From contig CATNEN010000001.1 of the NCBI GenBank assembly GCA_950097015.1, forward strand, positions 7,068,001 through 7,132,000: DNA of 64,000 bases. The letters are read 5' to 3'. A program made the translations under genes and the position numbers. Below, in pieces: positions 12,727 through 24,570 of this stretch. The stretch's first letter is position 1. Each line of letters begins with the position of its first letter. This DNA is from Macrostomum hystrix (Eukaryota > Animalia > Platyhelminthes). The notes under the pieces are model-generated. The model saw only the letters and a list, made by a program, of their open reading frames with translations, was not told the origin of the DNA and did no database searches.

Positions 12727-15700
12727 TCAAATCGTTCGTCCCGCCGCGGTGCAGGACGGGCCGCTGCATGCGCGCAGTCGGTTCAGAGCCGCTTGCAGCT
12801 CCGTGCGTCTCTCGAACGACAACTCGGCCACGCGATTGACTAGCTGATGCGGGTCTGATGTCATATTGTAATAGGAAATAAATCCCGTCACAAACTCACA
12901 ATAGAGCGACTCCTCCAGGCCGTTCACAGTCCTGACACACCAGTAGGTGTAATTATTGGCATTGCCACAGAAACAAATCGATGCGTCGTGCCACAATGGC
13001 GGCGTCTTCCAATGCGACCTGTCGTGAAAGAAGCAGTTCATGTAGCGAAGGTTGCACTCATTGCGATTTCGCTTCTGCCTTTGTCGTCGCCTCCGTTTGC
13101 CTCTCTGACCGTCAGCCAGAAGGTCGGAAATTTTCCGATGTCCGTTAGATGGTGGAATCTCTTCCAGACTAGAGATGCTGAGCTCGTCGCCGCGAGAACA
13201 ACCGCAGCCTTCGTGCAGCCTCAGCAGAGCCGCTTTGTTTCGTCGCATGGCCAGTCGCATGCTGTTCAGCTTGGCCTGAATTTCGTCCAGTCGACGCTGC
13301 GTCAGTCGCATCATTTGTCTATCGCGCAGCCATTCGCTCAGACTGCTGTACTGGCACTGGATGTCCTCATCGTCATCGTTCTCACTTTCTTCGCCATCTT
13401 CATTGACGTCACGGTTGACGTCGGTGGATTTGTCGTCAGTCGGATTTTCCTGGACGACTTCATTTGAAGCTGAGTCGCTGTCATCGTCGTCTTCGTCAAT
13501 GCTGCGACGAGAGCGGCCCATCGTGACGCGCTGGCGCCTCCAGCAGTGCTTCCAGACATGCTCAGACAGAGGCAGCACGACGGAACGTCGGCAGCGGCAT
13601 GCTCGTGCACTGCTGGCGGCGCCTTGGACTGACGAGGCTCGACTCTCAGCTGATGAACACCTGACTCGGTCGTGCTTGCCAGCGTGTCGACTGCTCGGTA
13701 CGCAGTGAAATTTGTCGCCGTAGTCGCAGGACAGGCTGCGAGTTTCGCGCAGCGTGCACAGCTCATCGTCTAAAAGAATAAGTTGCTCTTGGAATTCGCA
13801 GTCTTAGACGAAAATCTTAAACTTGTTACAGTGACAAACTTTTCGAAATTACGTATTACTAGAAAACTTAAATCCCACAATATCTAAAGTTTGTCGAAAG
13901 CCCAGATTTAAAATCCCAAATTTTCGTAGAAATCCCACATTCGTAGAACTCCCACATTCGTAGAAATCCCACATTCGTAGAAATCCCACATTCGTAGAAA
14001 TCCCACATTCGTAGAAATCCCAAGTTTGTAGCAATTTTTCGAAATCCGATATTTTCGGATTAAGGATTAAGCTTTTGGAGCGGATTTAAGTTTCAAAGAT
14101 GGGATTTTAGACACGGAGGAGGGGATTTTTTTAGAGCGGGATTTAGAACTCAGAGAGAGTTTTAAAATATTCAGAACTTACAGAAGTCTTTTTACGCACC
14201 ATCAGTTTTAGGGAACAGCGAATTCCTCTGAAGTCAGGAAATCGCGATTTAGCTAAACCGAATTATTTACACAAACGAAGCCTTATAAGGCCTTGCTTTG
14301 CCACTTTGACCACGAGATTCTTGACTGAGTTGGATGCCTAATTATGCAATTCTCTGGTTAGTTGCATGTGGGCAACAGATTTACCCTGGCCAAAATTCCT
14401 GGCGGCTTCGAGCTCCTTGCGAAGGCTCATCTTGCGAATAGTCATGCGGCCGCGCTCCACCAAGAAGCTGCGTCGCCACTCTGTCGTCGTAGCGTTGCTT
14501 GCAGGCTTCGAGGACGTCAACAGCGCAGCGTAGGACGCTCCGTCCATCTGACTGGCTGGCGTTACGCCGGCCAGGTCAAGCAGAGTCGGCGCCAGGTCGA
14601 TGTTCAACACTGGCTGAAGAATCGCGCGACCTGCCGCTACGCCGGGACCTCGCACAATCAGCGGCACTCGAATGTCGAATTCGTATGGTGTCGATTTGCC
14701 TTTAAGTAGGCCGAACTGGCCGAGGTGATAACCGTGATCCGAAGTGTAGAACACGAATGTGTTGCTAGTGACGTCACTCGGACCTTCCATATCGAGCCAT
14801 TGAGCTAAGCGTCGAAGGCTATCGTCAACGCTTTGCAGTGTCTGTAGACGCTTCCGCTGCAGGGTGTCGGTGAATCGTCGATGCAACGGCGTCAAAGGTT
14901 CGGCGCGTCTCAGCAGCCACTCTTTGTCCGGACTGGGAGCCCTGTTGTAGCTGACTGTCCTGTGACGTCGGTCGTTGGCAAACATGGCCTGGTACTGGGG
15001 CGCAGCATCTTCGGGACCGTGTGGCGCCGGGTAACTCATCACGAGCAGGAACGGTCGGCGCGAAGTGTCTGCTGACCAGTCTTTCAAAATGTCCAACGAT
15101 CGATTGGTGACAATGTCGCTGAAATAGTCTTCGGTATAGTTGGCACCGTGCCAACGAATTAAACCATCGTCGTTCACGGAGTAGTTATAGAATTTGGTGT
15201 TTTTTACCTGGCCCAGCCATCGGTCCCAGCCGGGTGGTACGTAGGTGCCGTCGTACCTTTAGAAGTTAATATCTGCTGATGCTATGATTTGAAAGTTATT
15301 TTAATATAAAATTATAACTAAATCGACCAGTTTTGTTTTTTTCTCGGTTAGATTTTTTTATTATACATTTTCTTCTCTCGCATCAGTGCAACACAATACT
15401 TGGTAGTTAGACACAGACAGGTAAGACAGGTAAGTCCGGATTATAAACAGTTAGACATAAATCTAACCTGTTTGGATCTAACCTGTTAGATTGGGCTAGA
15501 TCTAACCTGTTAGATTGGGCTAGATCTAACCTGTTAGACAGGGCTGGATCTAACCTGTTAGATTGGGCTGGATCTAACCTGTTAGATTGGGCTAGATCTA
15601 ACCTGTTAGACAGGGCTGGATCTAACCTGTTAGACAGGGCTGGATCTAACCTGTTAGACAGGGCTGGATCTAACCTGTTAGACAGGGCTGGATCTAACCT

Positions 15701-17727
15701 GTTAGATTGGGCTGGATCTAACCTGTTAGACAGGGCTGGATCTAACCTGTTAGACAGGGCTGGATCTAACCTGTTAGACAGGGCTGGATCTAACCTGATA
15801 GACAGGGCTGGATCTAACCTGTTAGACAGGGCTGGATCTAACCTGTTAGACAGGGCTGGATCTAACCTGTTAGACAGGGCTGGATCTAACCTGTTAGACA
15901 GGGCTGGATCTAACCTGTTAGACAGGGCTGGATCTAACCTGTTAGACAGGGCTGGATCTAACCTGTTAGATTGGGCTGGATCTAACCTGTAAGACAGGGC
16001 TGGATCTAACCTGTTAGACAGGGCTGGATCTAACCTGTTAGACAGGGCTGGATCTAACCTGTTAGACAGCTCTGGATCTAACCTGTTAGACAGCTCTGGA
16101 TCTAACCTGTTAGACAGGGCTGGATCTAACCTGTTAGACAGCTCTGGATATAACCTGTTAGACAGGGCTGGATCTAACCTGTTAGACAGGGCTGGATCTA
16201 ATCTGTTGGACAGGGCTGGATCTAACCTGTTAGACAGGGCTGGACCGAACCTATTAGACAGGGCTGGATCTAACCTGTTAGACAGGGCTGGATCTAACCT
16301 GTTAGACAGGGCTGGATCTAACCTGTTAGATTGGGCTGGATCTAACCTGTAAGACAGGGCTGGATCTAACCTGTTAGACAGGGCTGGATCTAACCTGTTA
16401 GACAGGGCTGGATCTAACCTGTTAGACAGGGCTGGATCTAACCTGTTAGACAGGGCTGGATCTAACCTGTTAGACAGGGCTGGATCTAACCTGTTAGACA
16501 GGGCTGGATCTAACCTGTTAGACAGGGCTGGATCTAACCTGTTAGACAGGGATGGATCTAACCTGTTAGAAGTTGAATATAACAGTTAATAACTTCTCAG
16601 AATTTACCTGTTTAGATACTTTCCAATATAGGCAGTGCGATAACCAGCATCGTTCAACTGTTTGCCAAAGGTTATTGGTTCGTGCGTACGACGCCAGAAC
16701 TCAGAAGTGCAGTTGTCATTGTTGGTGAAGACATGATGGTTGTGTACATATTGGCCAGTAAGCATGGAGGAGCGAGACGGACAGCAGATAGGTGTGGTGA
16801 CAAATGCTCGCTGCAGGTCCACCCCTTTCTTAGAAAGATGAAGTTTCAAATTGGGCATCACATCTAGACTGCCTGCGCGGGTGGGTTTGTGAGCAGTTTT
16901 ATTGCTACTGCTAAAGGGTGGAAAATTTGAATTCAAGTAATGCACTTTCACGAAGATCGGTCATTCGGTTTAGGAGCTATCGTGAAGCAGGCAGTGGGTA
17001 TTTGAAATGAATCCCAGGTCCCAAGGGGGATTAGCGTGGTCTTTCTACCCTTTTATTGCTCTCGCTGTGATTGTACGTTATTTTTAACGACCAATTCGAG
17101 GTTGTAGACAACTGGTTAGAGCGTCGGACCCGTGTCTTGAAGGTCGGGCGTTCGATTCCTGACTCCACTGGAACAATTCGGCGACTGGCCGACCTGCAGC
17201 AAGCGATTAGACAATTCTGCCCAACTTTGCTGACCCCTTGAGCACACAACCAGACAGGTGTGTTTATAAGAACGTGACTTTCTGCTTCCGCCCTTTACAT
17301 ATTTTTAGTAACTGGCCTTTAGTATTCGCCCCAAATGAATGCGGTCTCGCCACGGAATCGAGTTCATGGACATTTTAGGTGCTAAATTCAAGCGTACAAT
17401 CATACCGCCTCACCCATTACAAAGTAATTCTATAAGAGGTTCTTGATTTCTTGTAATGAATTAAAGTACTTTGCATTCCAAAATTCGTCGTAGATAAGAG
17501 AAGGGAATTAAAAAAGGGAAAAGGGAATATTTTGGGTTGAAAAAAATGTAAAAAACGCTACCTAGAAGGCTGTCCTGATCGTCCGTGATGATAACAATGA
17601 AATTTGGTCTTCTAGTGGAGCCTGCAGTAGCTGACGCATTTCCAGCCGAACTAGTTGAGCAGTGCTCAACAAAGTAGGCAGAAAACATAAAGCACACCAG
17701 AATTATAAGATTAGCTGCACTCCTCAT
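12727..17727 (-). CDS. Sulf1: Extracellular heparan sulfate 6-O-endosulfatase (Sulf1/Sulf2 family), 4 coding exons, ~781 aa
   Basis: Exons 17727-17562, 16872-16608, 15256-14385 and 13769-12727 join through GT-AG introns with phases 1, 2, 1 (2346 nt). The protein has a signal peptide, [13 protein letters not shown], the formylglycine motif [49 protein letters not shown], a hydrophilic insert with a basic furin-like tract ([12 protein letters not shown]), and the Sulf C-terminus [10 protein letters not shown]...[12 protein letters not shown]...DPHQL.N. Sulf1 versus Sulf2 orthology cannot be resolved. Confidence 0.95.
13925..14022. repeat. 17-bp repeat (CGTAGAAATCCCACATT)n in Sulf intron 3
   Basis: About 6 tandem copies. 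Confidence 0.9.
15460..16570. repeat. 24-bp minisatellite (GGATCTAACCTGTTAGACAGGGCT)n filling Sulf intron 2
   Basis: About 46 copies; each contains the near-palindrome TCTAAC-CT-GTTAGA. Confidence 0.97.
17175..17410 (-). mobile_element. SINE family 1, degenerate, in Sulf intron 1; abuts a separate tRNA-like head at 17098-17170 (+)
   Basis: Diverged matches to the family body (GGGCAGAATTG, GTCAGCAAA, CATTCATTTGGGGCG, CGATTCCG). Confidence 0.6.
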
Positions 17728-18096
17728 TCTGTCAGTTTTTAGATCAGTTGCGAATCGAATTCAACAGCACTTTCTCTGCGCATAACTTTATAATAAATGA
17801 CCCGAGATGCTGTATTAAAGCTGTTTATAAAACCGAATGCGCATAAAATCTCAGTGTTTACAATCCAGAAGATCATGAAATCGATTGCTAGCTCTGATTA
17901 TAAACTAGACTAACAGGTTTTCAGTGGCAGTGTCAGATGAAGCTACATTTATGACCTACAATTAAGATGACTTGCAATTCAGAGACTGAAAGATAAGCGA
18001 TGATGCAAGAAAAGCTGTCTAACAAGCTAATTACTCTATGATTCTACTAACGAGTGTGCTGCAAAAGTTTCCAGAATTTTCCTTGTTCTGAGTATA

Positions 18097-18357
18097 CGGG
18101 AATCGGTGGCAGAGCGTTTGCCTCTCGCGAAAAGGCCCTAAGTTCGATTCCGCAGCGAGGCCACATCCATTTGGGGCGCAGCTCCAACCTCCAAGGCACA
18201 ATGAGAGCGTACACTGCCTATGAGAAAGTCAGAGCAGATGTGTGAGTGTGTGCTCGGAAGTCAGCGAAATGGGCAGAATTGCCTCCTCGCTGGCTGCGGG
18301 TCCAGTGTCACCAAATGGCGTACCATTGCCCGCAGCCCTCCTGTAATTATTATTATT
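18097..18357 (+). mobile_element. SINE family 1
   Basis: A and B boxes, body and (ATT)n tail. Confidence 0.85.
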
Positions 18358-18854
18358 GCTCTGAGTACGAATTACGTCTGATTAGGTTGAAAACTGAAAC
18401 ATATAAACTATCTCCCTAATCCTTGAGAATGCTGGATAGATAACCTCCCTAATCCTTGAGAATGCTGGATGGATAACCTCCCAGATTCTTGAGTAGATTG
18501 GCTGCTACTCTTCGGTATCCTTGAGTTGGTTGGTAGCTCTTGAAAACAGACATTTTGGCTCATGTTTGCTTATGAAACGTTAAGACTAGAACAGAATCGT
18601 GCCGAATCCCAGTTGCTTAGTTACTAACCAATGAAATCACTTGATGCGGGATATACTCTTTACAAACTTCTGTCACAAAAGACAGCAAAACAGGCTTAGC
18701 TGGTAGCGATAGCTGCCAAATATCCCTGAGCTCTTTTTTAATCCAAGTCACAGTAGCCGTTGCTAAAATCACTAAATTAACTCTGAACTCACACAATAGC
18801 TTTATTGTTCTTACGATGTGGCTTTAGAAAAGCTATTTGTTGATCTGCCTTATA

Positions 18855-19460
18855 TACTCAGCAACAGCTAAAACCCCCCAACTCACGCTGTCACACGGCC
18901 CAAAAGTTTTGTATGCCATCGGTGACTCAGAAATGTGTGAAGGCTGCCGCCGCCAGACGCGAGCGCAAAGTGCGGCATGGGGGATTTGGGGAGGGGGTGG
19001 GCAGACCTATGCAGAGCTGCTACAGCAGCAGTTTCTGCCATTTGCTACGACAACCTTTGGCGGCCCACAGAACTGCATGCTTCAAGACGACAACGCTGCG
19101 CCACATCGAGCAGCACACGTGCAGCTGCTGAAGGAGCAGCTCGGCAGTCGCACATTGAACTGGCCGTCAAAGTCTCCAGACATGAACCCCATCGAGCATG
19201 TCTGGGACTTTGTAAAGCGAAGAGTTCAGCAGGATGCCCCACAGAATGCTGAACAGTTGCGACTGGCGGTGCTGAATGCCTGGCAGCAGCTGCCCCAAGA
19301 GTTCATCAACCGGCTGGTGATCAGGATGCCACGACGAGTCACGGCACTTTTGCATGCTCGTGGTTCCTACACACGATACTGAGACTAGAATTAAAGACAT
19401 TGCTTAACTTCTGTGCCCGTGTGACAGCGTGAGTTGGGGGGTTTTAGCTGTTGCTGAGTA
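18855..19460 (+). mobile_element. Internally deleted Tc1/mariner element (DD34E), copy 1
   Basis: Terminal inverted repeats of ~45 bp (TACTCAGCAACAGCTAAAACCCCCCAACTCACGCTGTCACACGG), with TA duplications at 18853-54 and 19461-62. It encodes only the transposase C-terminal part, QDDNAAPH...WPSKSPDMNPIEHVW...RGSYTRY, with 34 residues between D and E. Confidence 0.95.
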
Positions 19461-21257
19461 TATCTCAAGACAGATTTGTTTGTAAGTGAAATAAATTTAC
19501 TTTTTAGAGAATTAAAACAGAATTTCATTCATGCTCACTATGAAAGTTAGTCTAAAAATTAGAAACAATTTGACCTTCGAATAACTCTTTTAGCAACGTC
19601 TCGAGCTCAGTTGGAGCCGTCAATTTGCAGCCCTAGTAGATTCATTCGTCAATCATTGGCCTTTGAGCTGCCATCGGAAGTAAGCAACGAGGTGGTCGAC
19701 ATTTTCCTATTTGGTTTAACTGTACAGCAGGACTGCCTGATGCGGTGTCGCAAGACCGCCTGTCTAGCCGCAGTGCTTCAGTACAGTTCCAATGAAAATG
19801 CTCGTTGTCAAATGGTGTACATTTACAACACGCCTGATGGCCCAGGACCTCTGGATCGACAGTCACGTTCGCAGAGTGCTGGGGGAGGAGCCTTATGCCA
19901 GAGTCTGGCGGGTCGACGATGGAACTGTTAAGTGAGCTGGCGGGTCATGACTTTGAGCATAATTTGGACTTGTCAATTGGGGTGCGTGAAAGTACACCAT
20001 CGGTGATGCGATGTACAGCCGAGCGAAGCTGCTCTCTGATTGGTTCGACGTTTTAATGGGACGGTGAAGCGGTGTGGCTGATATTGCCTGATAAATAACG
20101 ATCAGAGAGCAGCAATAAAACACGTACTTAAACCTTTTAAAACTCTATTTTTTTTGTTTTTTGTTTTATGAAATTTAGTTCTTTTAGGAGCATAAAATTT
20201 TTTTAATAAAATAAATAATGAAAAATAAATAAATAAAATAAACCAAATAAATTGTTTTCTTTACCGAAAACTGCTTAGAAAGAACTAGAGGCGGGTATTT
20301 CAAATGTCAACACTTTTTTTTTCTGTATCTTCCAAAATATTCAACCAACCGCCATGAAAATCCAAAACACGGCCTAACATTTTCCGCTCAGTACGATGAA
20401 AAAGAAATTTCAGAATCACAAGACATCGTCATTTGTCGAGATATTCAACGAGTCTCGCCGGGGTCTCTAGTGGCAAACAGCACCAATATATAGGCATAAT
20501 TTTTCTGCTCACAAAATATCATCTCACAACTGTCCACGAGGCGCTTGGCTCGAGTTAGGACACATGAGTCATCAAATAAAATTTAATTGGCAAACTAATA
20601 GGACCCATATATGAATGCACCCTTATGATGATGGAGTTGCTAGTATGTGTTCGTACTAATAGTGCCGTTTAATTAAAACCTCCACTGCTAATTAGACACG
20701 AGCTCCGGCAGAACTGGAACCATACAGTCAGTGTCAATCAACTTCACGGCCTGCTATCGCATCGAGGTCACCGGAGCTAGCGGGGGTCTAAACCCGAAGC
20801 AAAACAACACAGGCGGTAGGGGAGCTTCACTAGCTGGGATGTTCAACCTCACGGCTGCCACACAGCTGGAGGTGGTTGTCGGCCAGAAAGGCGGAGATGC
20901 AGGTGCTGACTCGATGGGCGCCGGTGGTGGAGGCGGCAGTTTCGTGTACCTAACGAATGGATCTTCACTGGGCGGGATTGCGGTGCGGCTGTTGATGGCG
21001 GCTGGCGGCGGCAGGGGAGGAGGTCGCGGAACCGACGGTATGCTATAACGACTGTGATCAGAGTTTAAGTAAATTACCTTGCTTTTTCTGTCGGTAAATT
21101 TTTGGCCACAGTTTTATCAATAGAATATGCATGTCTTGACATCACCAATACATGTGTGATCTGTACATTCATCAAAATATAACAAGCATTGTACTCTTGC
21201 ACTTCTAATAGCAAAAAATAATCACAGAGCTGTAGACATTATTGAACATCAATTCGC

Positions 21258-21562
21258 AGGTGACACTAGCCCCGCAGCCAGCGAGGATACGATTCTGTCC
21301 ATTCCTCTGAATCCTGAGCACACACGCACACAGATACTGTACCAAAGTATACTCACACAGATGTGTACATCTACCCTGAGTTTCTCATCGTCAGTCAGTG
21401 TACACTTTTACTGTGCTTTAAGGGCGTTATGAGTACGACAATCTCCCAAGCCTTCTCTTCGCGGTTGCGCCAGAGAATGAATGTGGCCTCGCTGCGGAAT
21501 CGAACTCAGGGACCTTGGTGCGAGGAGGCAAACGCGTTCGACTGCTCTGCCACTCACCCCCG
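21258..21562 (-). mobile_element. SINE family 1 in intron 3 of the glycine-rich gene
   Basis: Near full-length reverse-complement copy including the A and B boxes. Confidence 0.82.
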
Positions 21563-22189
21563 AGGAAAAGTATATCTATAATAAACTTTTAACATACAAA
21601 TATTTAGGCGTGAACGCAAGCGACTCAATCGGCACGAACGTCGATTTAGTCGGAATCGGCGGGGCGAACGGTCGGCCGGGATTCAACGAGCCCAATTCAA
21701 CCAGGTCAAGCAGCAACCACGGCGGCTGCGGAGCTGGCTGGCTCAGCAGGCCAATCAACCCAAGACGCAGCTGCGTTGACGGCGACGGAGGCGGAAGTCT
21801 AGCCCACGGTTGGGTCGGCGGCGTTGCCGGAGTCGGCAACACAGGTGTTGGAGGCTTCGGAGCAGGCGGTGGCGGTGGCAGCAGCGGCATTGGCACTACA
21901 GGGGCCTCGGGAGCTGGCGGAGGCGGATTCAGCGGAGGCGGCGCCGGCATCGGCTACGGACACATCGGCGGCTGTGGCGGCTCCTACTGCGGAGGCGTTG
22001 GTTGCGTCGCTTTGTTAAATGACGCCGTGGCCCAAGGCAGCGAACAGGGTCGGGTTGCGCTGAGATTCATTTCACTGCTGGGCAACTGTCAGTGAAGAAG
22101 CTTTATTAGTAACAAATGCGCAACTGCATCCTGATAAAATTATAGCTACGGAAAATATACATGCATTTTAACCGCATTGTGCTTAAAAA

Positions 22190-22515
22190 ATTAATTGCAG
22201 GATGACTGCGGGCAAAAACATGTATCATTTGTTGACAATAGATCTACCCCGCAGCCAGTGAGGAGGAAATTCTGCCCATTTCGCTTACTCCTAAGCACAC
22301 ACACACACAGCTACCATACGCAGGCCCATGCTTAGGCAGTGTACAATTTTACTGTGCCTTGGAGTTTGGCCTTCAAGGGCGTAGTTCACGACAAGCCCCC
22401 AAAGCTTTTTCTCAGCGGTTGCAGCTTAAAAAACGAATGTGGCATCGCCGCGGAATCGAGCTTGTGGATCTTGGTCCTTGGTGCGAGAGGCAGGCGCGTT
22501 AGACCGCCCTGCCAC
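22190..22515 (-). mobile_element. SINE family 1
   Basis: Reverse-complement copy with head at ~22515. Confidence 0.78.
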
Positions 22516-23110
22516 TTTTCGAAGTTCTGTTCACGCTAAGCACGCTAAAAACCTAAAGACATATTTCCTGACACAAGCAACACATCACAGAATAATTCCT
22601 TCCAGCAAAACTTACGTAAGAAACAGATGCGTAAACCTATAGTTTCTTAATTGAAATTTGAACAGACAATCGTGACCTTGCTATTACGAGGCCTTGAAAG
22701 GCTTTAGACTATTGGATATATTTGCTATCCAATTTGAATAAGCCAGAGGAGCAGTGACAGGCAAATACGGTTTGCACCAAGTTTAATATATGAAAAGGTT
22801 ACAAACGACAGGTCAGGACAGGACTCACTCTGTCCTGTCAGGTAACTATCAGGTTTCTGAACTACCAGTAGTTCAGCTATAGTAATTAAAATAATCAAAG
22901 AAAAAAAATATATTGCTGGGTTCAGGAACAAAGAATTAAACCTGTTCTGCATGGAAGCTTATAAGAATAAAAAGAGTTAGCCAATGCTCACCAATGCACT
23001 GCAGTTTTTGAACTGCTGAAACTTAAATAAACTTAACCAACCAATTAAATAAATAAATTATATGGACATATTTTTCTCGCTATTCCAAAAAATTGTGTGA
23101 CGATGTCAAA

Positions 23111-23702
23111 AAAGGGCGAGTGGGTCAGCGGCTAACGTCGCTGCCTCGCACTCCAAAGGACGCTAGTTCGATTCACCCTTCAAGTCACGATTAATTTCGG
23201 GGCTTGTTGGGGGGTTTGGACAGTAGCGACCGGCGGAGGTGCACCATATTTCGTGCAATCAAAGCTTGAAATAATAGCTTCGCTCCTACCTTCTGTGTGC
23301 CTGTTCTGCGTTGTGTGAGTTGTGTGCGTTGGCGCTGGGGCGTGAGACCTTGGGGGTGGCTGGAGGGCGGGTGTACACCGCCGCGCGCTTTCTGGACTTC
23401 CGTCAGCGCGATTGGATAAGTGTACACTCATCACCCGGCCCCCCCTGAGGACTGATTTCTTATCAGCCTTCCGCCCCGGCTTGGTCTGCTATGTGCGTGT
23501 GGGGCTGGTGGGGGTGGGGGGGACTGCTGCCTATTCTGGGTGCCTCCTGCCCTCCCCGGCTGGTCTGTGCTGCTGTGTGTGGTGCCTGCTCAGGGGAGGC
23601 GGCGCGATGGGCGCAAAAGCGCCTAGTTCACCGGTCTGGGGGCGTGCCGCTCCTTTGCTTGTGCGACAAGTGCCCCGGGCCCCCCTGCAAAATAGATAGA
23701 TA
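23111..23702 (+). mobile_element. tRNA-derived SINE family 2, full length, with 12-bp target-site duplication
   Basis: GACGATGTCAAA is duplicated at 23099-23110 and 23703-23714. A box TGGGTCAGCGG, B box GTTCGATTC, GC-rich body and (TAGA)n tail. Confidence 0.8.
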
Positions 23703-24570
23703 GACGATGTCAAAGATATGTAACCATGTCACTTGCTACTTTTGTGTAAATGTAATTGTTGCGTACAATAATCGTTTTGTATTTTTTTGTTCTGTTGTTA
23801 ATTATTATTTTAACTATTTTCATTTTTACTGTGTACTTTATATAACTTTCTGTACATTAATTCTGCGAAAATTTCATAGAAACATGTTTGCAATATCGAA
23901 ATAATCGATTTTACATTTGAATTTAGGAGAGCTCTAGCTGCCCCGCGCGTTTCAAATTTTTACAACGCCTGCCAATACAGTAATTCCCCAACTAATAAAT
24001 CCCAATAGTTTGATTTCATCACTTTAACCTAATTTTAACTTTTATCGAGCCAAATAACCGTCTCATTTTTCGTCACTTCGTTAACACAAACGCAGATTTG
24101 GTACAAGCAATAGCCAGAAAAGTATAAGCAAGAAGTTAATTAAGATTTCAAAAATGTAATCAAGTTACACAATTTCATGAACGAAGTGTTTGGCAAACGT
24201 TCAGGTTACTGGCAATACGAACTGGAAAATCTAGTGAACATTTATTTATTTTTTTCTACAAAAAAATAAACGATGGAATTCTTACGTCCGAACAACGAAA
24301 ATTGAACGGGCGGAACATGATTTTACCACAATACAAAACTTAGGAGGAAAGAAGGAACCAAAAATATACACTTTACAGATAAGGATCGCAGATCATACAG
24401 TGAAGCTACAGTGGAAGTTATTAAGATTTATTAGCTTCGGAAAATAGAAATCAAACGATAGAACAGCCAGAAATAAAATAACTGCGCATTTTAAAAACGA
24501 TGTTTTGAGCTGACATGATAAGTTTAAATCCGACGAGGAAGTAAATAACTAGCCGAGAGTCCAAAAAGTA

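Larger units (their letters stand above)
18816..22095 (+). pseudogene. Secreted PAN/apple-like + ALK/LTK-type glycine-rich domain protein (~406 codons); exon 1 has an in-frame TAG and a Tc1 insertion
   Basis: Reconstructed exons are 18816-18854+19463-19481 (split by the TE), 19594-19926, 20696-21037 and 21608-22095, with all introns phase 1. Motifs: DCLMRCRKTACLAAV..C (PAN-like), then TGTIQSV....CYRIEVTGASGG, GGRGA....FNL....LEVVVGQKG, GGGGGSFV, LLMAAGGG, GGCGAGW, GGFGAGGGG and GGGGFSGG (glycine-rich domain). No transmembrane or kinase region precedes the stop. Confidence 0.75.

Noticed and set aside
14338-14384. Apparent premature stop in the Sulf ORF at 14338
   Set aside because: It lies in intron 3; the donor at 14385/14384 splices in frame to 13769.
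17098-17170. tRNA gene candidates here and at 35411-35480
   Set aside because: B boxes are present but acceptor and anticodon stems do not pair; they are better read as SINE heads or tRNA remnants.
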